Below are positions 20,365 through 29,936 of a DNA stretch of 55,054 nucleotides, in pieces. The stretch's first letter is position 1, and every line of letters begins with the position of its first letter. A model generated the notes under the pieces. The model had not been told where the DNA came from. It did no database searches and worked only from the letters and a program-made list of their open reading frames with translations. The position numbers were made by a program, and so were the translations under genes. The DNA is from Lacinutrix sp. (GTDB taxonomy: Bacteria > Bacteroidota > Bacteroidia > Flavobacteriales > Flavobacteriaceae), in contig NZ_JALZVX010000004.1 of the NCBI RefSeq assembly GCF_023299985.1, positions 1 to 55,054 on the forward strand, in the 5' to 3' direction.

Positions 20365-21495
20365 ATTTGGTATAATAATTTTAAAAGTACTACCAACATT
20401 TACCGTACTATCTACAGTAATTTTACCACCAAAAGTTTCAATTTGATTTTTTACTAAATATAAGCCTACGCCTTCGGCATCTTCATTACTGTGAAATGTT
20501 CTATACAAACGAAAAATCTCTTTTCCGTATTTGTCTAAATCTATACCAACACCATTATCTTGAATTGAAATGACTAAGTTTTCTTGTAATAGCTCAGATT
20601 TTATAGAAATAACAGGATCTCTGTCTGGATGTTTATATTTAATAGCATTAGATAGCAAGTTCTGAATAATACTTTCTAAATAGGCTGAATTAAAATAGAT
20701 AAATAATTTTTTATCAATTTTATTATTAATAGTAGCATTACTCTTAGATATTACAACATTTAATAATATAAGTGTATTTTCAATAAAATTACTAACATTA
20801 AGTTTTAGTAAATTTTCAGCTTTTTTAGATTGTACAGAAACAATTTCGTTAAGGTTGTGGATTGTTCTATTAAGAGAAGTTGAAATATCTTTTAAATGAA
20901 TAAAAAGTTCAAACTTTTCATCATCAGATTCGGCTTCTTCATAAAACTCTAAAAGACTTTCAAAATTTCCAGAATATTGTTTAAGGTTATGAGTAACAAT
21001 ATGAGCAAAATTTTTAAGTTTATTATTTTGTTCTGTAGCAATATTTAAAGCGTTTTTAACTTTAATTTCATTTCTAACTTGTTCTGTAATATCAGTATGT
21101 GTGCCAACAAAATGAACATAGCCATCTTTAACATGGTCGTTAATTATTTGACCTTTATCTAATATCCATTTGTAATCTCCATTTTTGCACAACACCCTAT
21201 TTTTATTGACATAAAGTGGTGTTTTTCCATTAATATGATTTTGATAATCCTCTAGGTATTGTTCTTTATCATCTGGATGCACACGATCATTCCAATCGTT
21301 TATATTATTTCCAAAAGAATTATCATCCTCAAAACCAATAATAGTTTTAGAAGATTTAGAAAAGAAAAGAGTGTTAGATTTTTCGTTAAAACTCCAAATG
21401 CCAATATTAGAAATATCTAATGCTGTTTGGAATATTTCTAGGTTATGTTTTGGAGTATTTAACTCCATAAAAATGTTATTATTAGCTTTTGGCAT
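20350..21495 (-). CDS. PAS-domain sensor histidine kinase (no adjacent response regulator)
   Basis: PAS_3 (WNDRVHPDD), H-box FAHIVTHNL, NLLSNAIKY, DNGVGID, GVGLYLVK. Confidence 0.9.
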   Translation of the reverse strand: MPKANNNIFMELNTPKHNLEIFQTALDISNIGIWSFNEKSNTLFFSKSSKTIIGFEDDNSFGNNINDWNDRVHPDDKEQYLEDYQNHINGKTPLYVNKNRVLCKNGDYKWILDKGQIINDHVKDGYVHFVGTHTDITEQVRNEIKVKNALNIATEQNNKLKNFAHIVTHNLKQYSGNFESLLEFYEEAESDDEKFELFIHLKDISTSLNRTIHNLNEIVSVQSKKAENLLKLNVSNFIENTLILLNVVISKSNATINNKIDKKLFIYFNSAYLESIIQNLLSNAIKYKHPDRDPVISIKSELLQENLVISIQDNGVGIDLDKYGKEIFRLYRTFHSNEDAEGVGLYLVKNQIETFGGKITVDSTVNVGSTFKIIIPNKKSN

Positions 21496-21606
21496 AACAA
21501 TATTTTAAAAAATTTATCAAGGGAAATTAGTAATGATTATAAATAGCTATATCAAATATATGCAAAAAACACTTTTAAATACATTTAATGACGATAAAAT
21601 GTTATT

Positions 21607-22503
21607 TTATTGTCTTGGATGAAAGTTTTGTATTACATTTTTTAAGTGGCTTTTATCTACATGCATGTAGATTTCTGTAGTTGTAATACTTTCATGCCCA
21701 AGCATAAGTTGTATGGCTCTTAAGTCTGCACCATTTTCCAAGAGGTGTGTTGCAAAGGAGTGTCTAAATGTGTGTGGAGAAATGGTTTTTTCTAAATTTA
21801 TTTTAACTGCCAATTGTTTTATAATTGTAAAAATCATGGCTCTAGTTAATTGTTTTCCTCGTCGATTTAAAAACAGTGTATCTTTAAACTCGTTTGGAAT
21901 AGTTTGGTGATTTCTCACTTCTTTTCTGTAGATTTCAATGTATTTTTTTGTAGCATCAATTATAGGTACAAAACGTTGTTTATCTCCTTTTCCAGTTACT
22001 TTAATAAATCCTTCGTCGAAAAATAAGTCTGAAATTTTAAGATGCGTTAATTCACTAACACGTAAACCACAGCCATAAAGTAACTCTAAAATAGCACGAT
22101 TACGTTCACCTTGAGGTTTGCTTAAATCTATAGCGTTAATAAGTTGGTTTATTTCATTTTCACTAAGAGTATCTGGGAGTTTTCTACCAATTTTAGGAGA
22201 ATTGATTGTGTCGAGTGGGTTTGTTTTACGATAATCTTCAAAAACTAAGTAATTAAAAAAACCTTTTAATCCAGAAATTAATCTTGATTGCGAGCGAGCG
22301 TTAACTGTTTTTGCAATAGTATAAATAAATTGCTGAATGGTTTCTTTAGTTATTGTAATAGGAGAGGAGGTGATGCTATTTGCTTCTAGATAATTCATTA
22401 GTTTTTTAACATCAAAACTGTAGTTACTTATCGAATTGTTAGATAAGCCTCTCTCAATTTTAAGATAAAGTTGATAATCTTTTAAAGCGTTTTGCCATTT
22501 CAT
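21607..22503 (-). CDS. xerD: Site-specific tyrosine recombinase XerD
   Basis: 298 aa; LYGCGLRVSEL, GKGDKQR, SPHTFRHSFATHLL, LGHESITTTEIY. Confidence 0.9.
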   Translation of the reverse strand: MKWQNALKDYQLYLKIERGLSNNSISNYSFDVKKLMNYLEANSITSSPITITKETIQQFIYTIAKTVNARSQSRLISGLKGFFNYLVFEDYRKTNPLDTINSPKIGRKLPDTLSENEINQLINAIDLSKPQGERNRAILELLYGCGLRVSELTHLKISDLFFDEGFIKVTGKGDKQRFVPIIDATKKYIEIYRKEVRNHQTIPNEFKDTLFLNRRGKQLTRAMIFTIIKQLAVKINLEKTISPHTFRHSFATHLLENGADLRAIQLMLGHESITTTEIYMHVDKSHLKNVIQNFHPRQ

Positions 22504-22516
22504 AGTACTAAAATAG

Positions 22517-22547
22517 AAAAAGCCACTTCAATAAAGAAGTGGCTTTT
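22517..22547 (-). terminator. Terminator after the TM2 gene, just upstream of xerD
   Basis: AAAAGCCACTTC-aataaa-GAAGTGGCTTTT. Confidence 0.75.
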
Positions 22548-22567
22548 AAATTTATAAATATATTTTC

Positions 22568-22918
22568 TTAGTAGAAGTTGTCAGTCAACATATTGATTAA
22601 ATCAACTATTGCCCAAATACCTAAACCACCAAAAGTAACAATAAATAAAATGTTCCATCCTATTGGAGAACCATGGTACCATCTGTGCGCAGCAAAAGGC
22701 CATAAAAATGCCCACAATGCAACACCAACCCATTTTTCATCAGAAGCAGCAACTGCTGGAGATGTAAATAGAACTTGATCTGTGTTAGAAACATCAAGTG
22801 TTTCAGAATTAGAAGTTGTCGTTTCGGTTTTTACAGTTCTTTCAACTGGAAACGATGCGTAGCTAGAAGTTAAAGCTACAAAAAACACTAAAAGTGTTAA
22901 AAATAATTTGGTTTTCAT
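22568..22918 (-). CDS. TM2-domain protein with signal peptide
   Basis: AAHRWY.G...TFGGLGIWAIVDLI. Confidence 0.85.
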   Translation of the reverse strand: MKTKLFLTLLVFFVALTSSYASFPVERTVKTETTTSNSETLDVSNTDQVLFTSPAVAASDEKWVGVALWAFLWPFAAHRWYHGSPIGWNILFIVTFGGLGIWAIVDLINMLTDNFY

Positions 22919-22969
22919 AAATTATATTGATTAGTTTTACACTCAAATCTAATACTTTTTTCAAAATAA

Positions 22970-23839
22970 ATGAAGAATTTAAATGTTTTTTTATTCATGA
23001 TTATCTTCATGAAGATGTCTTTTTCACAAAGTACTTACGAGTATGTTGGAGCTATAAAGCTCAATGACAGCTCGTTAATAACTTATCAAGTAAAATTTAC
23101 AGAAACTAAAGGTGAAATTATTGGGCATTCAATAACAGATGTTGGTGGTTTACATGAAACAAAATCAAACTTATATGGTAAATATAATGCAGTAGATAAG
23201 TTTATAGAGTTTAGTGAGAAAGATATTATTTATACTAAATCGCCAGTGATACAAGAAGATTTTTGTTTTATAAACTTTAAAAGTTCTAGATTTAAATTAG
23301 GAAATAATAAGATTACAGGAAAATTTAAAGGTCTTTTTTCTGATAATACAGAATGTATTAATGGAGATATTTTATTAAGTACAAAAGAGAAGATGGAAAA
23401 ACGTATTGCTAAAGTGCAAAAAATTATTAGCAAAACTAAAAAAATCCCAGATAGCCTTAAATCTAGTAACAATATAGTGAAAATCATGGATTCTGTTAAC
23501 ATGAATATTTTGAGAAACAAACAAGTTTTAAGTGTGTTCTCTAAAAGTAAAAATATTAGAATTGAAATATTTGATGGAGGGAAACTAGATGGCGACAAGG
23601 TTACTTTAAAGTATAATGGTACTACTCTTTTAAGAAATTTTGAAACTAAAAAAGAAAGAAAAAGTATTCCTCTTACACTTATAAACAAAAAGAATTCTTT
23701 TATTTTATTGGCAGAAAATGTGGGAAGTATTTCTACAAATACAGCTATTATAGAAATTTTTGTTGATGATTCTAAAATTCGCGCATTAACAAACCTTAAA
23801 AAAGGAGAAAATACCCAAATAGATTTTTATTTAAAATAA
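22970..23839 (+). CDS. Secreted hypothetical protein
   Basis: Signal peptide ending SFSQ; C-terminal DGGKLDGD...AENVGSISTNTA motif. Confidence 0.75.
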   Translation: MKNLNVFLFMIIFMKMSFSQSTYEYVGAIKLNDSSLITYQVKFTETKGEIIGHSITDVGGLHETKSNLYGKYNAVDKFIEFSEKDIIYTKSPVIQEDFCFINFKSSRFKLGNNKITGKFKGLFSDNTECINGDILLSTKEKMEKRIAKVQKIISKTKKIPDSLKSSNNIVKIMDSVNMNILRNKQVLSVFSKSKNIRIEIFDGGKLDGDKVTLKYNGTTLLRNFETKKERKSIPLTLINKKNSFILLAENVGSISTNTAIIEIFVDDSKIRALTNLKKGENTQIDFYLK

Positions 23840-23894
23840 AACCCTTCTTAATAATATTCCAAGTAAAATGCCATAACTTTTGTATTTTTACTAT

Positions 23895-24314
23895 ATGAAG
23901 AAAATAATCATTATTAATGGACCAAACCTTAATTTACTAGGTAAACGAGAACCTAATATTTATGGTAGTTTATCTTTTACAGAATTTTTTAATACTGTAA
24001 AAGAAAAATATACTAATGTTGATTTAGAATATTTTCAGTCTAATATAGAAGGAGAGCTTATAGATAAATTACAAGCTTGTGGTTTTAATTACGATGGTAT
24101 AATATTGAATGCTGCAGCTTATACCCATACTTCTGTTGGTATTGGAGATACGGTAAAGGCTATAGAAACTCCAGTAGTAGAAGTGCATATTTCTAATACA
24201 TTTGGACGAGAAGAGTTTAGACACCAATCTTTTATATCACCTAATGCTAAAGGCGTAATTTTAGGCTTTGGCTTGCAGAGTTATGAATTAGCGATACAAA
24301 GCTTTTTAGATTGA
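23895..24314 (+). CDS. aroQ: Type II 3-dehydroquinate dehydratase
   Basis: INGPNLNLLGKREPNIYG, NAAAYTHTS, VEVHISN, REEFRH. Confidence 0.97.
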   Translation: MKKIIIINGPNLNLLGKREPNIYGSLSFTEFFNTVKEKYTNVDLEYFQSNIEGELIDKLQACGFNYDGIILNAAAYTHTSVGIGDTVKAIETPVVEVHISNTFGREEFRHQSFISPNAKGVILGFGLQSYELAIQSFLD

Positions 24315-24319
24315 TTTTC

Positions 24320-24805
24320 ATGAAAAATACAGTGCTATTACTTATTTTGTTATGTTCAATATCAATAGCTTCTGCGCAAACTGAGATTAGTGATTTAGGT
24401 GTTAAAGGAGGTTTAAACTTTACTTTTTTTAATGTAAGTGAAGCTAATTTTGGAGAAAACTCAGAAACTGCAACAGGTTATTATGGTGGTTTATACCTTA
24501 ACATAGATTTTGGAGAAAATTTACATTTACAACCAGAAATATTATATATAGGATTAAACGATTTTAGATTTATAAACGCACCTATTTATATTAATTATAA
24601 AGCAAGTAAGACGCTAGATATTTTGGTTGGACCAAGTATGAACTATTTTTTCGATTTTTTTAATAATAAATTTAAAGTTCGTGCAGATTTAAGTTTGTCT
24701 TACAATATTACAAACCATATTAATACACATGCTAAATATACCATTGGTTTCGATGAAATTACACCTAATGGTTTGTTTTTAGGTGTTGGTTATAGATTTC
24801 TTTAA
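24320..24805 (+). CDS. Outer-membrane beta-barrel (PorT/OMP_b-brl-like) protein
   Basis: Signal peptide, LGVKGGLNF, LQPEILY, C-terminal LGVGYRF. Confidence 0.8.
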   Translation: MKNTVLLLILLCSISIASAQTEISDLGVKGGLNFTFFNVSEANFGENSETATGYYGGLYLNIDFGENLHLQPEILYIGLNDFRFINAPIYINYKASKTLDILVGPSMNYFFDFFNNKFKVRADLSLSYNITNHINTHAKYTIGFDEITPNGLFLGVGYRFL

Positions 24806-24887
24806 GCTAAGAAAATCTCGCGAATAGAAATTAAAGAATAGATAAATAATAAAGAGAAAAATAAGAAAAGAGATACTAGAGTAAATA

Positions 24888-24919
24888 AAAAAATGCGATT
24901 CATTTGAATCGCATTTTTT
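24888..24919. terminator. Bidirectional terminator
   Basis: AAAAAATGCGATTCA-tt-TGAATCGCATTTTTT between convergent genes. Confidence 0.85.
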
Positions 24920-24967
24920 AATCTATATTATATTCTCTATCAGTTTGCAAAGCAAACATTCTATGTT

Positions 24968-26344
24968 CTATAAATGTATAACTTCATCATAAGCAGCAGC
25001 TACAGCTTCCATAACAGCTTCACTCATGGTTGGATGTGGATGTACAGTTTTTAAAACTTCATGTCCTGTAGTTTCTAATTTACGTCCTAAAACTGCTTCT
25101 GCAATCATATCTGTAACACCAGCACCAATCATATGGCAACCTAACCATTCACCATATTTGGCATCAAAAATAACTTTTACAAATCCTTCTTTTGTTCCTG
25201 CAGCACTTGCTTTACCTGAAGCCGAGAATGGAAACTTACCAACTTTAATATCTAAACCTTGGTCTTTTGCTTGCTTTTCGGTTAAACCAACACTAGCGAT
25301 TTCTGGTGACGCGTAAGTACAACCAGGAATATTACCATAGTCTAAAGCTTCCACATGCTGTCCAGCAATTTTTTCTACACATAAAATACCTTCAGCAGAC
25401 GCTACGTGAGCTAATGCTTGTCCAGGAGTAACATCACCAATAGCATAGTAACCTGGAATATTAGTTTGGTAGAAATCGTTAACTAAAATTTTATCTCTAT
25501 CTACAGCAATACCAACATCTTCAAGACCAATACCTTCGATATTTGTTTTAATACCAACAGCACTTAATACTAAGTCTGCTTCTAAAACTTCTTCACCTTT
25601 ACTTGTTTTAACATTAGCTTTAACGCCTTTGCCAGAAGTATCAACTTTAGTTACCTCGGCAGAAGTCATTACTTTTATACCACTTTTCTTAAAAGATTTT
25701 TCTAATTGCTTAGAGACATCAATATCTTCAACAGGTACAATATTTGGTAAATATTCTACAACAGTAACATCTGTTCCCATTGCATTATAGAAATATGCAA
25801 ATTCAACACCAATTGCACCAGAACCAACCACAATCATTTTCTTTGGCTGTTCTTTTAAAGTCATTGCTTGTCTGTAACCAATTACTTTCTCACCATCTTG
25901 TGGTAAACTTGGTAACTCACGAGAGCGTGCTCCAGTTGCTACAATAATATGGTCTGCGGAATATTCTTTTCCATCTACTTCAACCTTTTTACCAGGTTTT
26001 AGTTTACCGAAACCATTTATAACGTCAATTTTATTTTTCTTCATTAAAAACTGAACACCTTTACTCATGCCTTCTGCTACATTTCGACTTCTGTTTACAA
26101 CAGCATCAAAATCCTTATCATATTCTTTAACAGATAATCCGTAATCACTAGCGTGCTTTAAATATTCGAAAACTTGTGCAGATTTCAATAATGCTTTGGT
26201 AGGTATGCAGCCCCAATTTAGGCAAACACCACCAAGACTTTCTTTCTCGACAACAGCAGTTTTTAAACCTAATTGCGAAGCTCTAATAGCAGTTACGTAG
26301 CCTCCAGGACCACTTCCAAGAACAATAATATCGTATTTACTCAT
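24968..26344 (-). CDS. lpdA: Dihydrolipoyl dehydrogenase
   Basis: GSGPGGY, GGVCLNWGCIPTK, HPHPTMSE. Confidence 0.97.
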   Translation of the reverse strand: MSKYDIIVLGSGPGGYVTAIRASQLGLKTAVVEKESLGGVCLNWGCIPTKALLKSAQVFEYLKHASDYGLSVKEYDKDFDAVVNRSRNVAEGMSKGVQFLMKKNKIDVINGFGKLKPGKKVEVDGKEYSADHIIVATGARSRELPSLPQDGEKVIGYRQAMTLKEQPKKMIVVGSGAIGVEFAYFYNAMGTDVTVVEYLPNIVPVEDIDVSKQLEKSFKKSGIKVMTSAEVTKVDTSGKGVKANVKTSKGEEVLEADLVLSAVGIKTNIEGIGLEDVGIAVDRDKILVNDFYQTNIPGYYAIGDVTPGQALAHVASAEGILCVEKIAGQHVEALDYGNIPGCTYASPEIASVGLTEKQAKDQGLDIKVGKFPFSASGKASAAGTKEGFVKVIFDAKYGEWLGCHMIGAGVTDMIAEAVLGRKLETTGHEVLKTVHPHPTMSEAVMEAVAAAYDEVIHL

Positions 26345-26561
26345 TGTATAATTTTTAGTCTATAATTTTAAGTTACGAATTTACAAAACAAAGCCGAAAT
26401 AATAAATTGTAGTTTCATTTTTATTTAGTCGTGATTTAGAAGTCAGGTTTTCAAGGCTCGCTCTCTTTGAGGAGATAAAAAAACAATTAATTACGAAGTA
26501 ATCACGATTTATTCCAAAATAAATTTAATAAGTAAGCATTCACGCTATAGTAAAGGTTTAG

Positions 26562-26963
26562 CTATTTATCTTGTTTGTCAAATTTTACAGAAATAGAATT
26601 TACACAGTAACGTGTTCCAGTTTCTGTAGGACCATCATTAAATACATGACCTAGATGTCCACCACAATTAGAGCATACAATTTCTGTTCTTGTCATGCCA
26701 AGTGTTTTGTCTAAAACATATTTTACTGTTCCTTTAATAGATTCGTCGAAACTTGGCCAACCACAGTGTGCATTAAATTTACTAGAGCTTTCAAATAATT
26801 GCTGGTTGCAACCAGCACATGTGTATGCGCCTTCTTCAAAGTGAAGATTGTATTCTCCAGTATTTGGTCTTTCGGTTCCTTTTTCTCTTAAAATACGATA
26901 TTCCTCTTCTGTAAGTTGGTCTTGCCATTCTTTATCAGACTTATTTACTTTAAAATTACTCAT
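26562..26963 (-). CDS. msrB: Peptide-methionine (R)-S-oxide reductase, cytoplasmic
   Basis: GTERP, CAGC, GWPSF, CSNCGGHLGHVFNDGP, RYCVNS. Confidence 0.95.
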   Translation of the reverse strand: MSNFKVNKSDKEWQDQLTEEEYRILREKGTERPNTGEYNLHFEEGAYTCAGCNQQLFESSSKFNAHCGWPSFDESIKGTVKYVLDKTLGMTRTEIVCSNCGGHLGHVFNDGPTETGTRYCVNSISVKFDKQDK

Positions 26964-27441
26964 CTTTTTTTGGAATAAATTTTAACGCAACACCATTAAT
27001 ACAATGTCTTTTGCCTGTAGTTTTTCGTGGACCATCATTAAAAACATGTCCTAAATGTCCACCACAAGTTCCACAATGCTCTTCTGTTCTTGCGTGACCT
27101 AAATTATAATCTACAGAAAAGTCTACATTTCCTTTTACCTCTTTATCAAAACTTGGCCATCCAGTTCCAGAATCGAATTTGTCTTCACTTTTAAATAAAG
27201 GTGTTTCACAAGCAGCACAAATATATGTACCAGAGCTGTATTCTTTGTTTAGTTTACTTGAAAAAGGACGTTCGGTTCCTGCTTGACGTAAAACATAATA
27301 CTCTTTGTCCGAAAGAGATTGTTTCCATTCTGTATCTGTTTTAGAAACTTTGTAAGTTTTAGTTTCTTTTTTACTGTCTTGCGCATTGCTATTACAGTTA
27401 AATAATATAAGGGCTAATGTTAATAGTGCTATTTTTTTCAT
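26956..27441 (-). CDS. msrB: Peptide-methionine (R)-S-oxide reductase with export/lipoprotein signal
   Basis: MKKIALLTLALILFNC signal; GTERPF, CAAC, GWPSF, HLGHVFNDGP, RHCING. Confidence 0.93.
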   Translation of the reverse strand: MKKIALLTLALILFNCNSNAQDSKKETKTYKVSKTDTEWKQSLSDKEYYVLRQAGTERPFSSKLNKEYSSGTYICAACETPLFKSEDKFDSGTGWPSFDKEVKGNVDFSVDYNLGHARTEEHCGTCGGHLGHVFNDGPRKTTGKRHCINGVALKFIPKKDE

Positions 27442-27729
27442 ATTAATTGTTTTAAGTATTTACGCAAAAGCGGAAAAATAAGTTTTAAAAGTGTTTAACT
27501 TTATTAAAGTTATAAAGATAATTGTAAATATCTTTTTAGTTTATAATCAGTCGTAATTTTAAGTAAATCATAACATTCTAACATCTTGTTATGCTTTTAA
27601 TACATTAAAGTGAATTTAAACGATAAAAAGTGTTTTTTATCGCATACTTAATTAACTTTTAAATAGCATTAATGGCTTTTAGTGTAACTTTTTGTAATTT
27701 GGTTTTACATTAATATAATTAACAAATAA

Positions 27730-28557
27730 ATGAAATTTAAATCAACCATAACATTAGCACTTACAGTGCTTATTTTCTTTTCTTGTTCTACAAATCCTTT
27801 TACAGGAAAGAAAACGATGGCATTTATGCCAAACTCTCAATTATTTCCAACAGCTTTTGCACAGTACAATCAGTTTTTAAATGAAAACAATGTTATCACC
27901 GGAACTACACAATCTGAAATGATAACTAGAGTAGGACAGCGCATAGCTGTAGCAGCAGAACGTTGGTTAAATGCTAACGGAAATCAAGGGTATTTAAACG
28001 ACTATAAATGGGAATATAACTTAGTAAACGATCCAGCAATTAACGCATGGGCAATGCCTGGAGGTAAAATTGTTTTTTATACAGGAATTTTACCTGTTGC
28101 TCAAAATGAAGCTGCTGTTGCTGCAATTATGGGTCATGAGGTAGCACACGCTTTAGCAAATCATGGGCAACAACGTATGAGTGCAGGAATGTTACAACAA
28201 GGTTTAGCATTAGCAGGAAATGTTGCTTTACAAGGAAAAGAAAGAGACTTATTTAACCAATACTATGGTACGGCGTCTCAAGTTGGAGGTATGTTACCAT
28301 TTAGTAGAGGTCATGAAACAGAAGCAGATAGAATAGGCTTAATATTAACTGCAATAGCTGGTTACAATCCAGATGAAGCTGCAAATTTATGGAGACGTAT
28401 GGGAGCAGCAAGTGGAGGACAAGCACCACCAGAGTTTTTAAGTACGCATCCAGCGACAACAACACGTGTGAACAATTTAGAAGCACTGGCTCCAACAGCA
28501 AAAGCAGAAGCTAAAAAGTTTGGTGTTAGTTCTTTTAGACCAGTAACGCCTTATTAA
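27730..28557 (+). CDS. M48 family metallopeptidase lipoprotein
   Basis: Lipobox FFSC; NAWAMPGG, GHEVAHA, ETEAD, FLSTHP. Confidence 0.93.
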   Translation: MKFKSTITLALTVLIFFSCSTNPFTGKKTMAFMPNSQLFPTAFAQYNQFLNENNVITGTTQSEMITRVGQRIAVAAERWLNANGNQGYLNDYKWEYNLVNDPAINAWAMPGGKIVFYTGILPVAQNEAAVAAIMGHEVAHALANHGQQRMSAGMLQQGLALAGNVALQGKERDLFNQYYGTASQVGGMLPFSRGHETEADRIGLILTAIAGYNPDEAANLWRRMGAASGGQAPPEFLSTHPATTTRVNNLEALAPTAKAEAKKFGVSSFRPVTPY

Positions 28558-28580
28558 TAAAATATAAATTCTTATTTTCG

Positions 28581-28610
28581 AAGTCACTCTTTAAATGAGT
28601 GGCTTTTTTT
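28581..28610 (+). terminator. Terminator-like hairpin abutting the MFS start codon
   Basis: AAGTCACTC-N7-GAGTGGCTT+TTTTT immediately followed by ATG at 28611. Confidence 0.65.
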
Positions 28611-29900
28611 ATGAAAAAAATACAAAAAGGAGATAAAAAACTATTAAACGCTTGGGCTTTTTACGATTGGGCAAATTCGGTTTATACATTAACTATTGCA
28701 TCTTCTATATTTCCACTATTTTATGGTTTTATTTATCCAAATAAAGACGAATTAATTAGTGTTTTTCAATTAAAACCAACCGTTTTAGTATCTGCTGTTA
28801 CAGCTTTCACCTTTTTGATAGTCGCTTTTTTATCGCCTTTGCTTTCTGGAATAGCAGATTACGTTGGTAACAAAAAAATCTTCATGAAGATTTTTTGTTA
28901 CATAGGTAGTATAGGTTGTATTGGCTTATTTTGGTTTAGTAAGGATTACATTCATTTAAGTATGTTTTTTTATTTTATGGGTTTAATAGGGTATTGGGGA
29001 AGCTTAGTATTCTATAATTCGTACTTACCAGATATCGCTTTTCCAGAGCAACAAGATAGTATTAGTGCAAAAGGTTTTAGTCTTGGTTATTTTGGTAGCG
29101 TATTACTGCTTGTACTTAATTTAATTATGGTTATGAGCTTTGAAGGAGAAACTGCAATTAAAATGATGCGTTATTCGTTTGTTACAGTTGGCTTGTGGTG
29201 GATGTTGTTTAGTCAATATACATTTTACATTTTGCCTAATGGAGTATCTACAGGGCACAAGGTAACTAAAGCTGTTATCTTTAATGGGTTTAAAGAGCTT
29301 AAAGTCGTCTGGAAAGGTCTTAGTGAAAACTTAAGATTAAAACGTTACTTAACAGCCTTTTTTGTTTTTAGCATGGCAGTACAAACCATAATGCTAATGG
29401 CTACTTATTTTGGTGAAAAAGAAATAATGTGGCAAAATTCAGACCAGAGAATCCAAGGTTTAATAGGAAGTATTTTAATTATTCAATTAGTTGCAGTTTT
29501 GGGTGCTTTTACAACCTCTAAAGCATCTAATAGATTTGGAAATATTACAACTCTAATTATTATTAATGCCATTTGGATGTGCTTATGTTTTTACGCTTAT
29601 TTTATGATTACTCCAATCCAATTTTACATCGCTGCAGGTTTAGTTGGTTTTGTAATGGGTGGTGTACAATCTTTAGCACGTTCAACCTACTCTAAATTTC
29701 TACCAGAAACTAAAGACACGACTTCTTATTTTAGTTTTTACGATGTTGCAGAAAAAATTGGAATTGTAATTGGTATGACCATCTTTGCAGTTGTAGATCA
29801 AGTAAGTACTATGCGAAATGCAATTCTATTTTTATTTGTTTTCTTCTTAATAGGAATTATTTTATTGTTTAGAGTACCAAGAAAAGATTTCGATAGTTAG
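28611..29900 (+). CDS. MFS transporter (UMF1/Atg22-like)
   Basis: AWAFYDWANS, GIAD, FYNSYLPDIA, GGVQSLARS; many TM helices. Confidence 0.9.
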   Translation: MKKIQKGDKKLLNAWAFYDWANSVYTLTIASSIFPLFYGFIYPNKDELISVFQLKPTVLVSAVTAFTFLIVAFLSPLLSGIADYVGNKKIFMKIFCYIGSIGCIGLFWFSKDYIHLSMFFYFMGLIGYWGSLVFYNSYLPDIAFPEQQDSISAKGFSLGYFGSVLLLVLNLIMVMSFEGETAIKMMRYSFVTVGLWWMLFSQYTFYILPNGVSTGHKVTKAVIFNGFKELKVVWKGLSENLRLKRYLTAFFVFSMAVQTIMLMATYFGEKEIMWQNSDQRIQGLIGSILIIQLVAVLGAFTTSKASNRFGNITTLIIINAIWMCLCFYAYFMITPIQFYIAAGLVGFVMGGVQSLARSTYSKFLPETKDTTSYFSFYDVAEKIGIVIGMTIFAVVDQVSTMRNAILFLFVFFLIGIILLFRVPRKDFDS

Positions 29901-29936
29901 AATATAATTTATTATGTTTGTTAAAAAATTTAAAAT

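Noticed and set aside
21607-22503. xerD as the integrase for the cassette at 40117-41362
   Set aside because: Ordinary 298-aa XerD with no visible IntI-specific insertion, 18 kb away in a housekeeping context. A role in trans cannot be excluded, but nothing here supports it.
12991-27710. Further TGTAAC motifs at 12991 and 27683 as ECF promoters
   Set aside because: They lack TCT at the 18-nt spacing seen in the two accepted sites; too weak in AT-rich DNA.
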